A stretch of DNA of 64,000 bases from an uncultured Oscillospiraceae bacterium (GTDB lineage Bacteria > Bacillota > Clostridia > UBA1212 > UBA1255): assembly GCA_902472555.1 (NCBI GenBank), contig CABROF010000001.1, positions 32,025 to 96,024 on the forward strand, read 5' to 3'. Made by a program: the position numbers and the translations under genes. Below, piece by piece: positions 28,507 through 37,596 of the stretch. Positions within the stretch are counted from its first letter, which is position 1, and the number at the start of each line of letters is the position of its first letter. Below the pieces are notes generated by a model, which saw only the letters and a program-made list of their open reading frames with translations, was not told where the DNA came from and searched no databases.

Positions 28507-29352
28507 ATGAAATCTGAATTGCTATCTATCGGCAAGATGGCAAAGCTGAACCGGCTTTCTATCCCAACGCTGAGATTGTATGACGAAAAGGGACTTCTGA
28601 AGCCGCGCTACATTGACCCCTGCAGCGGATACAGATATTATGATATTCATCAAAATGCACGTCTGGATATGATTGCATACATGAAGGAATTAGGTATGAG
28701 CCTGTCTGAAATTGCAGATGTATTTCAAAAAGAAGATCTCACCCGAATCGAGGATATCCTTGCCCAAAAGAATGAGCAGATTCACGAACAGATCCGCCGC
28801 TTGAAAGCCAGACATGATGCAGTAGAACGTGCAATTGTGTCTATTGAACGCTATCGGAAATCGCCGGCAACAGGCACGCTGTCACTGGAATATATTGACC
28901 GGCGCTGCATCTGGGGAATTCCATGTTCCTCTAATTTTTACAGCAGCGATATTTCCGGCTATGAAAAAATGCTGCTGGAACTTCGCCATTCCCTGGAGAA
29001 ACATGCATTTGAGCAGATTCATTCCTATAATATCGGCACATCGATTACCAAGGAAAATTTTATCAATGACCGCTTTATTGCAAACGAAATTTTCATTTTC
29101 ACCAATCGGCATGAGCAGAATGCCCAGGCAACACTGCAAACCATAGACAGCGGCATGTACGCGTGTATCTATCTGGATAATTATGATGATGAGATGGCTT
29201 ATGCACGGATGCTGAAAGATTATTGCGCACAAAATCATTATGATATTTCCGGCGATTATATCTGCGAAGTTATGACGGAATTCAACGTATTTGACAGCGA
29301 TCATCGCAGTATGTTCCTGAGACTGCAGGTTCCGGTAAGCTTTTTTAAATAA
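28507..29352 (+). CDS. MerR-family transcriptional regulator with a C-terminal GyrI-like effector-binding domain.
   Basis: N-terminal HTH LSIGKMAKLNRLSIPTLRLYDEKGLLKPRYIDPCSGYRYY and coiled-coil linker. Start ATG 28501 or 28507. Confidence 0.8.
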   Translation: MKSELLSIGKMAKLNRLSIPTLRLYDEKGLLKPRYIDPCSGYRYYDIHQNARLDMIAYMKELGMSLSEIADVFQKEDLTRIEDILAQKNEQIHEQIRRLKARHDAVERAIVSIERYRKSPATGTLSLEYIDRRCIWGIPCSSNFYSSDISGYEKMLLELRHSLEKHAFEQIHSYNIGTSITKENFINDRFIANEIFIFTNRHEQNAQATLQTIDSGMYACIYLDNYDDEMAYARMLKDYCAQNHYDISGDYICEVMTEFNVFDSDHRSMFLRLQVPVSFFK

Positions 29353-29429
29353 ATGTGCCATATACTTATGACGGCGCTGCCTTTCATCTGTGACCGAGGC
29401 ACCAAAGCCAATGTAAAATAATTTCCGAA

Positions 29430-29466
29430 AAACCCTTGACTCTCCTGCGGGCTGAGGGTTTAAACT
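29430..29466 (+). promoter_or_regulatory. MerR-type promoter: -35 TTGACT (29436..29441), 19-nt spacer, -10 TAAACT (29461..29466), with dyad AAACCCT / AGGGTTT (29430..29436 / 29455..29461).
   Basis: Read directly from the sequence. Over-long 19-bp spacers with dyad symmetry are the hallmark of promoters activated by MerR-family regulators. It sits between the merR-like gene and the downstream oxidoreductase gene. Confidence 0.45.
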
Positions 29467-29540
29467 ATTTCTATAAAATACCTGTTATCAAAATTGCGTC
29501 AGTACGCATAATGTATGCAGGAAAAAGAGGAGGTATTTCT

Positions 29541-30566
29541 ATGGAAAAAATTAAAGTCATTCAGTACGGCTGCGGTAAGATGTCCAAATATACCCTGCGG
29601 TACCTGTACGAACACGGCGCCCAAATTGTAGGCGCAATCGACGTAAACCCCGCGGTTGTGGGTATGGATGTCGGCGATTATGCGAATCTCGGTGTAAAAA
29701 CAGGGATCCTGATTTCCAGCGATGCGGACAGTGTCCTTGATGCGTGTGATGCGGATGTCGCCATTGTGACATTATTCAGCTTTATCGGCGATATCTATGA
29801 GCATGTGGAAAAATGCGTGTCCCGCGGAATCAACGTAATCACCACCTGCGAGGAAGCGATTTACCCCTGGACTACTTCCGCCGCACAGATCAATCGTCTG
29901 GATGCGCTGGCCAAAGAAAACAACTGCACGATCACAGGATCCGGTATGCAGGATATTTTCTGGATCAATATCGTCGCAATGGTCGCCAGCGGCTGCAACA
30001 AATTGACGAAGATTAAAGGGGCATACAGCTATAATGTAGAAGATTACGGTTTGGCACTGGCTGAGGCCCATGGATGCAATTTGACCAAAGAGGAGTTTGA
30101 AGCGAAAATCGCACATCCGGCGGAGTTTGAACCTTCCTATGCCTGGAACGCCAGCGAAGCGCTGTGCAACAAGCTCGGACTGACGATCAAATCCATTTCT
30201 CAAAAACATGTTCCCTACACCATTGATCACGACATTTACAGTGCTACGCTGGGGCAAACCATTAAAGCGGGCAAATGCATCGGGATGTCTGCCGTGGTGA
30301 CCATCGAAACCATGCAGGGCATCACGATTGAGGAAGAAACCATTGGCAAGGTATACGGCCCAGAGGACGGCGACATGTGTGACTGGTGGCTAACCGGTGA
30401 ACCGGATACGGAGTTTCATGTGGTCAAGCCGGCTACTGTTGAGCATACCTGTGCTACAATCGTAAACCGGATTCCCTCTCTGCTTACCGCACCGGCCGGT
30501 TATGTAACCTGCGATCAGCTGGAGCCGCACACATATCTGACTTATCCGATGGAGTACCATCTGTAA
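29541..30566 (+). CDS. NAD(P)-binding oxidoreductase of the DapB-like, amine dehydrogenase / 2,4-diaminopentanoate dehydrogenase family.
   Basis: Strong RBS AAGAGGAGG before ATG 29541. N-terminal Rossmann motif [33 protein letters not shown]. The architecture resembles DapB-fold amine dehydrogenases. Confidence 0.45.
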   Translation: MEKIKVIQYGCGKMSKYTLRYLYEHGAQIVGAIDVNPAVVGMDVGDYANLGVKTGILISSDADSVLDACDADVAIVTLFSFIGDIYEHVEKCVSRGINVITTCEEAIYPWTTSAAQINRLDALAKENNCTITGSGMQDIFWINIVAMVASGCNKLTKIKGAYSYNVEDYGLALAEAHGCNLTKEEFEAKIAHPAEFEPSYAWNASEALCNKLGLTIKSISQKHVPYTIDHDIYSATLGQTIKAGKCIGMSAVVTIETMQGITIEEETIGKVYGPEDGDMCDWWLTGEPDTEFHVVKPATVEHTCATIVNRIPSLLTAPAGYVTCDQLEPHTYLTYPMEYHL

Positions 30567-30718
30567 GCGATTCCTGCAGCGACAGTTCAGCCACGCGGTA
30601 TTTCCTTCTCCGGACTGCCGCGTGGTTTTTTTATATTGATCGGACGGAACGCGCTTCTATCGTTGTCAATGACCTTAGACAACGATTCCTGCCCCAGCCC
30701 TGTTTTCAAGGTGCCCAA

Positions 30719-32023
30719 TCAATCATTTTGTGATATGCCCTTCGATAAACATTGGTATCGATATCTCAATATACTACTTCCACATAGGATAAACGCAACA
30801 CCAATGATCAAAAGTGAAAATGTATTGTCCGCGGTGATTGGGTTCTTCCCATCCACTTCGATCGACCTAACGTCTGCCTTCCAATCTTCATATAAAGTTT
30901 TCGACATTAATGTAATAACAAATGGCTTGTTATCAAAAAGACCTTCTGTGGACGCTAAAACCTTTGCGGCATAAGTTCCCTGTTCTGAAAAAGACAAAGT
31001 TCCGTCACTATTTTCAATTCTTTCATAGTCGGCACTGCATTCTATTATTTGAAGTGAAGAGAATATAATATCTTTTTGGAAATACGTCTGCAACGCATCT
31101 TGCACGCTATACTCAGCAATCTGGGTATATAATAACGGATAATACATAAAATATTTATTTGGTCTTTCACTACGTTCGCCGGTATGTGATGGACAAAACA
31201 GATCGGCCAAGGAACCGCCGTTAATCCTCCAACCGTTTTCTGTATAGATAAAGGATACAGACAAAATTAACGGAACCAGAGCGCCTTGATACTTTTCAGA
31301 AGCGTTATCTAACCTAAGATAACCAAAAGCTTCGCGGGGGTCCCTTTTCTCCATCCAGCAGCCGGTTTGGTCATTGCTGCCGCCAACCTGCATGCTGTCG
31401 AAATTGGTTGGATAAATAATCGGTTGCCAATTCACAGGGGTGTTCTCTAAAAAATATGCTTTGCCTTCATGATTGGTCAGCATTCCCAGCATGTGACCGG
31501 TTCCGCGCCCGTGTTCAATTGCATATTGATAATAATTATCGGTATAAATAGTTTGGGCAAGTTCCTCCCAATACGCGTAATCCGTCATACCCTCTTTCGC
31601 TGGCAAATATTTTACGATATGCCCATTGCGTTCCAAAAAGACAGGTTCGCCACCTTGATCAATATAGGGGGACGCATCATGATAAACCAATTCAAACAGT
31701 TCGCAGGCTTTGGCGCATAACGCAATAATCTCCCCATCCGTAATGCTGTCTTCTGCGGCTTGAACCTTATTCAGTACGCTCACAAATATGGCGTTATCAA
31801 GGCTGCCATCAAATACAAAACCAATCGCCAGCATGTCTATCGCCGGCTGCGCCGTTATGATGGTTCTGTTGACTCTTTGCGCGACCGCTCCAGAAGACCG
31901 CACGCCCATCCGAATCAGCATACCCCAGAAGAGATAAAACTCATTTCCGATATGCGCAGACGGAATCCGGCTGCCGGTCTTATCGTCTTCTGGGTTAAGC
32001 TTACGCAGCGAGGCTGCTCCCAT
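30719..32023 (-). CDS. Hypothetical protein with a C-terminal transmembrane anchor. The true start is probably far downstream of 32023.
   Basis: Protein-like composition over most of its length, with a C-terminal hydrophobic segment LLIIGVAFILCGSSIL. Its first 90 or so codons overlap an IS481-type transposase fragment encoded on the opposite strand. The gene is therefore either shorter or truncated. Confidence 0.35.
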   Translation of the reverse strand: MGAASLRKLNPEDDKTGSRIPSAHIGNEFYLFWGMLIRMGVRSSGAVAQRVNRTIITAQPAIDMLAIGFVFDGSLDNAIFVSVLNKVQAAEDSITDGEIIALCAKACELFELVYHDASPYIDQGGEPVFLERNGHIVKYLPAKEGMTDYAYWEELAQTIYTDNYYQYAIEHGRGTGHMLGMLTNHEGKAYFLENTPVNWQPIIYPTNFDSMQVGGSNDQTGCWMEKRDPREAFGYLRLDNASEKYQGALVPLILSVSFIYTENGWRINGGSLADLFCPSHTGERSERPNKYFMYYPLLYTQIAEYSVQDALQTYFQKDIIFSSLQIIECSADYERIENSDGTLSFSEQGTYAAKVLASTEGLFDNKPFVITLMSKTLYEDWKADVRSIEVDGKNPITADNTFSLLIIGVAFILCGSSILRYRYQCLSKGISQND

Positions 32024-32065
32024 TCGATTTCAGGTCTTTACCGCCTCTTACGGAGACAGGCGTTG
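31760..32065 (+). mobile_element. IS481-family transposase N-terminal fragment (about 100 aa), truncated remnant.
   Basis: YGVIKAAIKYKTNRQHVYRRLRRYDGSVDSLRDRSRRPHAHPNQHTPEEIKLISDMRRRNPAAGLIVFWVKLTQRGCSHSISGLYRLLRRQ carries the family hallmark DRSRRPH.PN.TPEEI ... RNP.(W)G ... YR.L(K/R)RQ. Similarity then breaks off into junk. Confidence 0.5.
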
Positions 32066-32655
32066 ATGGCTCTTTCTATTCTTTTCAGGACTTTGCTGCC
32101 TCAGCTGAAGAGCTACAGCCGCAGAGACTACAATGCCTTTCCTATGCGTCGTTCAAGCAGTTCGAAGAGTTCGCGGATTGTTTTGGCGGGCAGATCCAAA
32201 AGGCGGCAGTTATTGACCTTTCCCTGCGCAATAATTAATTTGGCCTTATTCAGTTCTAAGACGATTTTACGGAAGGTATATTTGTGTTCATCCAGGTAAG
32301 CTTACAGCTTGTTCTGTATGTAGGACAGGACAATGAAACATGACATTTCCCTCGCTGAGCATATACTGTGCAGCCGTCAATATTTCTTTATGATTCTCGG
32401 GAAAGTATTTTTTAATAACTTGGAAACACCCAGCTTTGCTGCTACCTCTTCAAAAACGCGATTCACTCTGCAGTCATATATTCCCGTGGTATTGTATAGC
32501 CTAATTATACCATTTCGCATACAAAAAAATGCAAGCGCTTTTTTCTTGAATTTGCTCTTGTTTTCTTATTTTTCTCAATGTATAGGGTAATTTTCGGAGA
32601 ATTCAGGATTCAGGTTCTATGAAATCGCTTACCTGAAATCAAGTCTTAAAACGCA

Positions 32656-32690
32656 CAAAAACCCGTTGTTTAACGGGTTTTTGTGCCTGC
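32656..32690. terminator. Hairpin AAAAACCCGTTGTTTAACGGGTTTTT downstream of tRNA-Pro. Bidirectional rho-independent terminator.
   Basis: GC-rich stem flanked by A and T runs on both sides. Confidence 0.5.
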
Positions 32691-32711
32691 ATCTATTTTG
32701 TCCTGCAGAGA

Positions 32712-32788
32712 TGGTCGGGATGACAAGATTTGAACTTGCGGCCTCTGCGTCCCGAACGCAGCGCTCTACCAAACTGAGCCACATCCCG
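32712..32788 (-). tRNA. tRNA-Pro (anticodon CGG).
   Basis: The minus-strand sequence CGGGATGTGGCTCAGTTTGGTAGAGCGCTGCGTTCGGGACGCAGAGGCCGCAAGTTCAAATCTTGTCATCCCGACCA folds as a cloverleaf. The acceptor stem is CGGGATG/CATCCCG. The anticodon stem CTGCG/CGCAG carries the loop TTCGGGA. A T-loop TTCAAAT and a 3' CCA are present. Confidence 0.85.
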
Positions 32789-32881
32789 AAAACGTTGTTT
32801 ATACTACCATGTTCCGGGAGCGGCGTCAATAGGTAAAATAAAATTTTTTTCATTTAATCGACTACAATCGGCAAAACGGCA

Positions 32882-33712
32882 TTACAGGAGGGTGCCGGCG
32901 TTTTCAGTCACAGAGACCTCTACAGTCTGGCGCTGTACAGTCTGTCCGGAAAAAAAGCCGCGGTCTACCATACAATCTCCATAGTCCCGGCCATGGCAAA
33001 GCTTGATATAACGGTCGTCCGTACGGCAATTGTTCGTCGGATCCAACCCGATCCAATATTCATCATAAATCTCCACCCAAGCATGTGTCGTGGTCCCGCC
33101 CAGCACAATGCCTGCCGCATATCTGGCATAAATCCCCCGCATCCTGCACAATGCGATCATCAAATGTGCATAGTCCTGACATACGCCTTTTCCCTGCCGG
33201 AACGCCTCCGCCGCAGTGGTTCCCGTATTGGTACTCAAACTCTCGTATCGCATGTTTTGGTATACCATCTTCATGAAATATACAGCCTCCTCCAAAACAG
33301 AAAACACTTCGCTCCGTCCCTCTGTCAGCGATAAATAAAAGCTTCGGATATTTTCCTCATATCGGGTAAAATGGGAGGCATAGCGGTACATCGGATATAC
33401 CAGGTCTGCCTGAAGCTGCTGTTTCTGCAGCGCACTTTCGGCATCCTGGCACGCTACAAACGCCACCCCGGCAACGCAAAAGGTAAAATACGTATGCGGC
33501 TCCAGTATTTTACCAACAAACAGACAATTTCCGAAGCCGTCCGTTACGCGGGAAAGATTGCCGCCGGGATCAATATTGCAATTTACATTATAAATTTTCT
33601 GCGCGGCCGTATTGCCGGGCACGCAGCGGATCGAATAAAAATGGCGGGTAACAGGCGTATCGAACTCCAGCCGCATACCGTACCGGAAATATAATTTACG
33701 CACCCAATACAC
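32882..33712 (-). CDS. Transglutaminase-like protein (Bact_transglu_N plus transglutaminase core cysteine protease-like domain).
   Basis: Catalytic core GKGVCQDYAHLMIALCRMRGIYARYAAGIVLGGTTTHAWVEIY (Cys...His). It is the third gene of the ATP-grasp / Alpha-E / transglutaminase triad. Confidence 0.75.
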   Translation of the reverse strand: MYWVRKLYFRYGMRLEFDTPVTRHFYSIRCVPGNTAAQKIYNVNCNIDPGGNLSRVTDGFGNCLFVGKILEPHTYFTFCVAGVAFVACQDAESALQKQQLQADLVYPMYRYASHFTRYEENIRSFYLSLTEGRSEVFSVLEEAVYFMKMVYQNMRYESLSTNTGTTAAEAFRQGKGVCQDYAHLMIALCRMRGIYARYAAGIVLGGTTTHAWVEIYDEYWIGLDPTNNCRTDDRYIKLCHGRDYGDCMVDRGFFSGQTVQRQTVEVSVTENAGTLL

Positions 33713-33716
33713 CTCT

Positions 33717-34397
33717 CTAAAGAATACAGCGGTTGATAGCCTCCAGAACCGGAAACGGGTCTGCCAGCCAGCTTACGGTATCCATCACATATTCGGAAAT
33801 CAGCGTCAGGGCTTCGGGATCATAAATCCGTTCCCCTTCCATATGCTCCAGAAGACTTCTTAATTTCCGGAATTCATCCTTCACTGTCTCCGTGCGATAT
33901 CCTAAACGGATATATAAATCCAGCCGTTCAATATTTTTTCCGCATTTCATCATGGCTAAGCTCATCCAATCCGCCACATTTTCATCTGCGCTGCCCCAAA
34001 ACGCATATAAGTCATCAATGACAGGCTGGAGCTTCAGAAGCGGCGCCGCATTTTCCCGGTCGTGCCTGAGAGAGTCAATGGCAAGCTGCAGATACGCCAG
34101 CGTCTCGCCTGTCAGCTCGTCCCGCAAAACCACACCGTTGTCAAAAGCATTTACTAAACTGCTGAATACAGAGTTCGGATCCTTTTCATCAAATAAAAAA
34201 CCTGAAATAAATTCCTCCCGCGACGCATACTCCCTGTCGAGCCGCAGTTTTCCGCAGAATACCCGGTAAGCCTCTGCATCCTCATCAATCATAGTATCCA
34301 GATACCAAATCAGGCAGCGGCACGTGGTATGCACGCGTTCACAATACCTGCCCAGCCAGAATAAATGCTCTTTGCGCTCTATTGACATAATACCCAT
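33717..34397 (-). CDS. Alpha-E domain protein.
   Basis: All-alpha protein with the conserved E-R-containing N-terminal segment (HLFWLGRYCERV). Its position between the circularly permuted ATP-grasp and transglutaminase genes matches the Alpha-E family context. Confidence 0.6.
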   Translation of the reverse strand: MGIMSIERKEHLFWLGRYCERVHTTCRCLIWYLDTMIDEDAEAYRVFCGKLRLDREYASREEFISGFLFDEKDPNSVFSSLVNAFDNGVVLRDELTGETLAYLQLAIDSLRHDRENAAPLLKLQPVIDDLYAFWGSADENVADWMSLAMMKCGKNIERLDLYIRLGYRTETVKDEFRKLRSLLEHMEGERIYDPEALTLISEYVMDTVSWLADPFPVLEAINRCIL

Positions 34398-35692
34398 GTA
34401 TCTTTAAACCCTCCCCCCTGCGATGAATTCACAACATAAGAATCTGCTTTTCTTGAAAAACGGGTCAAGCCTCCGGGCCATACCTTGCAGTCCGCGCCAG
34501 TCAGCACAAAAGCACGGAGATCCGCCTTCCGCCATACCTCCTGTCCTTCTTCCATGACAGGCAGTTCCACGAAGTCAATCACTTCCTGCGCAATAAAAGC
34601 TCTCGGATGATCGGAAATTTTACCGCGCAGCTCCGCACGCTGCTCCTCTGTGAGCTTGCTGCCGAATACCACCCCATATCCGCCGGACTCCGCCACATCT
34701 TTTATAACCAGCTGCTCTAAATGCTCTAAGATATATGCGCGGTCCTCCTCATAAAAGGCCAGATAGGTCGGCGCATTGCACAAAATCGGCGTTTCATTTA
34801 AATAATAGGAGATCATTTTCGGTACGAAGTAGTAAATCCCTTTGTCGTCCGCCACACCGTTGCCCGGCGTGTTGATCAATGCCACATTTCCGGCGCGGTA
34901 GGCATCCAGAATATGCGGCACTCCGATCAGAGATTCCGGATAAAATGCCATGGGATCCAGAAATTCATCTGATATCCGCCGGTATAGGGCTCCCACCTGC
35001 TCCTTGCTGCCGTCATACTTTTTATAATAGAGCCGGCAGTCTTCCACAATCAAATCCTCCGGCAGAACCAAAACAGCGCCCGCCTGTTCCGCCAAATATA
35101 AATGTTCAAAAAATGCTGCATTATAGCGGCCGGGCGTCAGGATACAGTTGATTCCGCCGGTGTTGACCGCTTCCATCACCTCACGCAGCATTTCCCCGTA
35201 ACATCGATTTTCCGTAACATTTACATCCTGAAATGCCTCCGGACAAGCCTTTCTGCAAAGCTCTCTGGCAATCAGCGGATAGGAAGCGCCGGATGGAATC
35301 CGCAGGTTATCCTCCAGTACGTACCAGATCCCGTCCTTCCCCTGTACCAGATCAATCCCTGAAATGTGCGCATAAATGCCGCCGGGCGGAAGCACTCCTT
35401 CACAGCATGGCAGATATCCCGGAGAGGCATATACAAACTCTTCCGGCACCACACCGTCCCGCAGAATCATTTTCCCTCCGTAAATATCCGCTAAAAATAG
35501 ATTGAGCGCACGGACCCGCTGAATTAAGCCGCGCTGCAGCAGTTCAAACTCATCTGCACGGATTATGCGCGGGAGCACGTCAAATGGAAACAGCTCCTCG
35601 TGAAATTCATTATTTTTATAGATTCCAAATCGAACGCCGTACCGGGCCAAAAGCTGATTGATTTCGTCCGCATGACGGACCAGTTGGTTCAT
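34379..35692 (-). CDS. Circularly permuted ATP-grasp type 2 family protein (predicted amidoligase).
   Basis: About 437 aa. The sequence features match the CP_ATPgrasp family that always precedes Alpha-E. It overlaps the next gene by 19 nt, which suggests translational coupling. Confidence 0.7.
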   Translation of the reverse strand: MNQLVRHADEINQLLARYGVRFGIYKNNEFHEELFPFDVLPRIIRADEFELLQRGLIQRVRALNLFLADIYGGKMILRDGVVPEEFVYASPGYLPCCEGVLPPGGIYAHISGIDLVQGKDGIWYVLEDNLRIPSGASYPLIARELCRKACPEAFQDVNVTENRCYGEMLREVMEAVNTGGINCILTPGRYNAAFFEHLYLAEQAGAVLVLPEDLIVEDCRLYYKKYDGSKEQVGALYRRISDEFLDPMAFYPESLIGVPHILDAYRAGNVALINTPGNGVADDKGIYYFVPKMISYYLNETPILCNAPTYLAFYEEDRAYILEHLEQLVIKDVAESGGYGVVFGSKLTEEQRAELRGKISDHPRAFIAQEVIDFVELPVMEEGQEVWRKADLRAFVLTGADCKVWPGGLTRFSRKADSYVVNSSQGGGFKDTWVLCQ

Positions 35693-35791
35693 TGTTCCTG
35701 CCTCCAGTTTTATAAATTAATACTTTCCATCCACCCTATTATGTTGTATACTGTACAAAAATATTTATCATTTAAAGGATGTGCATAATTT

Positions 35792-37420
35792 ATGTTGCAA
35801 ATGAAAACACTGCATTCACTCTCACGGGTTTTCCCCGACCGGCCAATACGGGAGGAGGATCTGCAAACACGCGGAAGCATGCTAAAAAATGAAGTTTTTT
35901 CATTTCAGATCGCCTATTGGCTAACAGACGGCGGACAAGTCCCCTGTGTAATTACAGATATCTCGCACACCCTCGGCGATGCGCTGACAATCAGCAGTGT
36001 AAATTTCGTTCCCTGCGACCATCCCGCTGTGCCGGACGCATATCCTTATTGTGAACGCACACAACCCGGATTATTCCCGGATATTCTGCAGCCTATACCA
36101 AAACAGCTCTGGGCTTACGAGGGCTCCTGCCGCAGTCTTTGGCTGCGTGTCGACGGGACAGAAGCGCCGCTGACTCCCGGCGAATATGATATCACCATCT
36201 CCATATTCGCGCTTGGCCAAGGAACAGAGCAGATTACATATCATTTGACCGTTTTAGATGCAGTTCTGCCGCCGCAGACGCTGATCTGCACAAATTGGTT
36301 TCACACAGATTGTCTCTGCAATTATTATCATGTAGAATTTGACAGCGAAGCATATTGGAAAATCACGCAGCAGTTTGCGGAGACAGCAGTAAAATATGGT
36401 ATTAACATGCTTTTGACGCCGATTTTCACGCCGCCCCTGGATACGGAGGTCGGCGGCCAGAGACGTACGATTCAGCTGATCGACGTTCGGAAGGAAGGCA
36501 ATACTTATACCTTCGGATTTGATAAGCTGCATCGCTGGATCGGAATGTGCCGAAAGGCCGGCGTACAGTATTTTGAAATTTCACATTTATATACACAGTG
36601 GGGCTGCAAGCATGCGCCGAAAATCATGGGATATGCAGATGGTACCTATCAGCAGCTGTTCGGCTGGGATACCGAGGCGCAGGGAGCGGAATACCGCGGT
36701 TTTCTATCTCAGCTGCTGCCTGCCCTCACTGCCTTTTTAGACGCAGAAGGGGTACGTGATTGCTGCTATTTCCATGTATCGGATGAACCGTCTATCGAAA
36801 TGCTTGAGGACTACCGCCAAAGCGCTGAATTTTTAAAACAGTATTTAGAGGGATTCCACATTTTCGATGCACTGAGTTCCATTGAATTTTACCGGACCGG
36901 CGCAGTGCCTTGTCCTGTTCCAGCTACAGATCATATCGAGCCGTTTCTGAAAGAAAAGCCCGAAGGCCTCTGGACTTATTACTGCTGCGGCCAGGTAACA
37001 ACGTCAAACCGTTTTTTAGCTTTTTCTTCCGCAAGAAATCGAATTCTCGGCACGCAGCTTTTCCGGTATGATATTGTCGGTTTTCTGCAATGGGGCTTTA
37101 ATTTTTATAATACCTTCCTGTCAAGAGAAACAATTGATCCTTATGCCAGCAGCACGGCCGGCGGCTGGGTTCCGGGAGGCGATACATTCGTGGTATATCC
37201 CGGTCCGGACGGCGAGGCGGTGCCTTCCCTGCGCTTGGAGGTATTCCGAGAGGCACTGCAGGATATGCGGGCACTTCAGGCACTTTCTGCCAAAAAAGGC
37301 AAACAGGCCGTGTTGGCCCTGTTGGATCCGGCGCTCACCTTTAAAAATTTCCGTGATGATCCGCAGGAAATTCTCTCTCTGCGGGAAACCGTAAATCGGA
37401 TGCTGTGCGCATGTGATTAA
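35792..37420 (+). CDS. Hypothetical protein, possibly a DUF4091/GH123-like glycoside hydrolase.
   Basis: 542 aa, no signal peptide. Motifs such as YFHVSDEPS and WTYYCCGQ resemble DUF4091-containing hydrolases. This is from memory only. Confidence 0.3.
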   Translation: MLQMKTLHSLSRVFPDRPIREEDLQTRGSMLKNEVFSFQIAYWLTDGGQVPCVITDISHTLGDALTISSVNFVPCDHPAVPDAYPYCERTQPGLFPDILQPIPKQLWAYEGSCRSLWLRVDGTEAPLTPGEYDITISIFALGQGTEQITYHLTVLDAVLPPQTLICTNWFHTDCLCNYYHVEFDSEAYWKITQQFAETAVKYGINMLLTPIFTPPLDTEVGGQRRTIQLIDVRKEGNTYTFGFDKLHRWIGMCRKAGVQYFEISHLYTQWGCKHAPKIMGYADGTYQQLFGWDTEAQGAEYRGFLSQLLPALTAFLDAEGVRDCCYFHVSDEPSIEMLEDYRQSAEFLKQYLEGFHIFDALSSIEFYRTGAVPCPVPATDHIEPFLKEKPEGLWTYYCCGQVTTSNRFLAFSSARNRILGTQLFRYDIVGFLQWGFNFYNTFLSRETIDPYASSTAGGWVPGGDTFVVYPGPDGEAVPSLRLEVFREALQDMRALQALSAKKGKQAVLALLDPALTFKNFRDDPQEILSLRETVNRMLCACD

Positions 37421-37596
37421 AAGTACATAATACAGATTCTGTTTGAAAAGTAAAGAAAAAGAAAGAATAAACTTAGAACCGCCCGCTCGGACGGTTCTTT
37501 CCGTTATTGCGAAAAAATTTCCAAAGGCGGCAGCAGAAACGCCCCCCAAAAAAAGATACGGCCTTTGATCAAGCTTGTGGTATAGCCGAATACAGC

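Noticed and set aside
32629-32853. 74-aa ORF on the minus strand.
   Set aside because: It fully overlaps tRNA-Pro and its terminator. It is a spurious ORF.
35600-35788. 62-aa plus-strand ORF near the ATP-grasp operon, considered as a possible precursor-peptide gene for the amidoligase system.
   Set aside because: It lies antisense across the ATP-grasp gene start and promoter. It has no RBS and an implausible hydrophobic composition. No convincing small-peptide gene was found.
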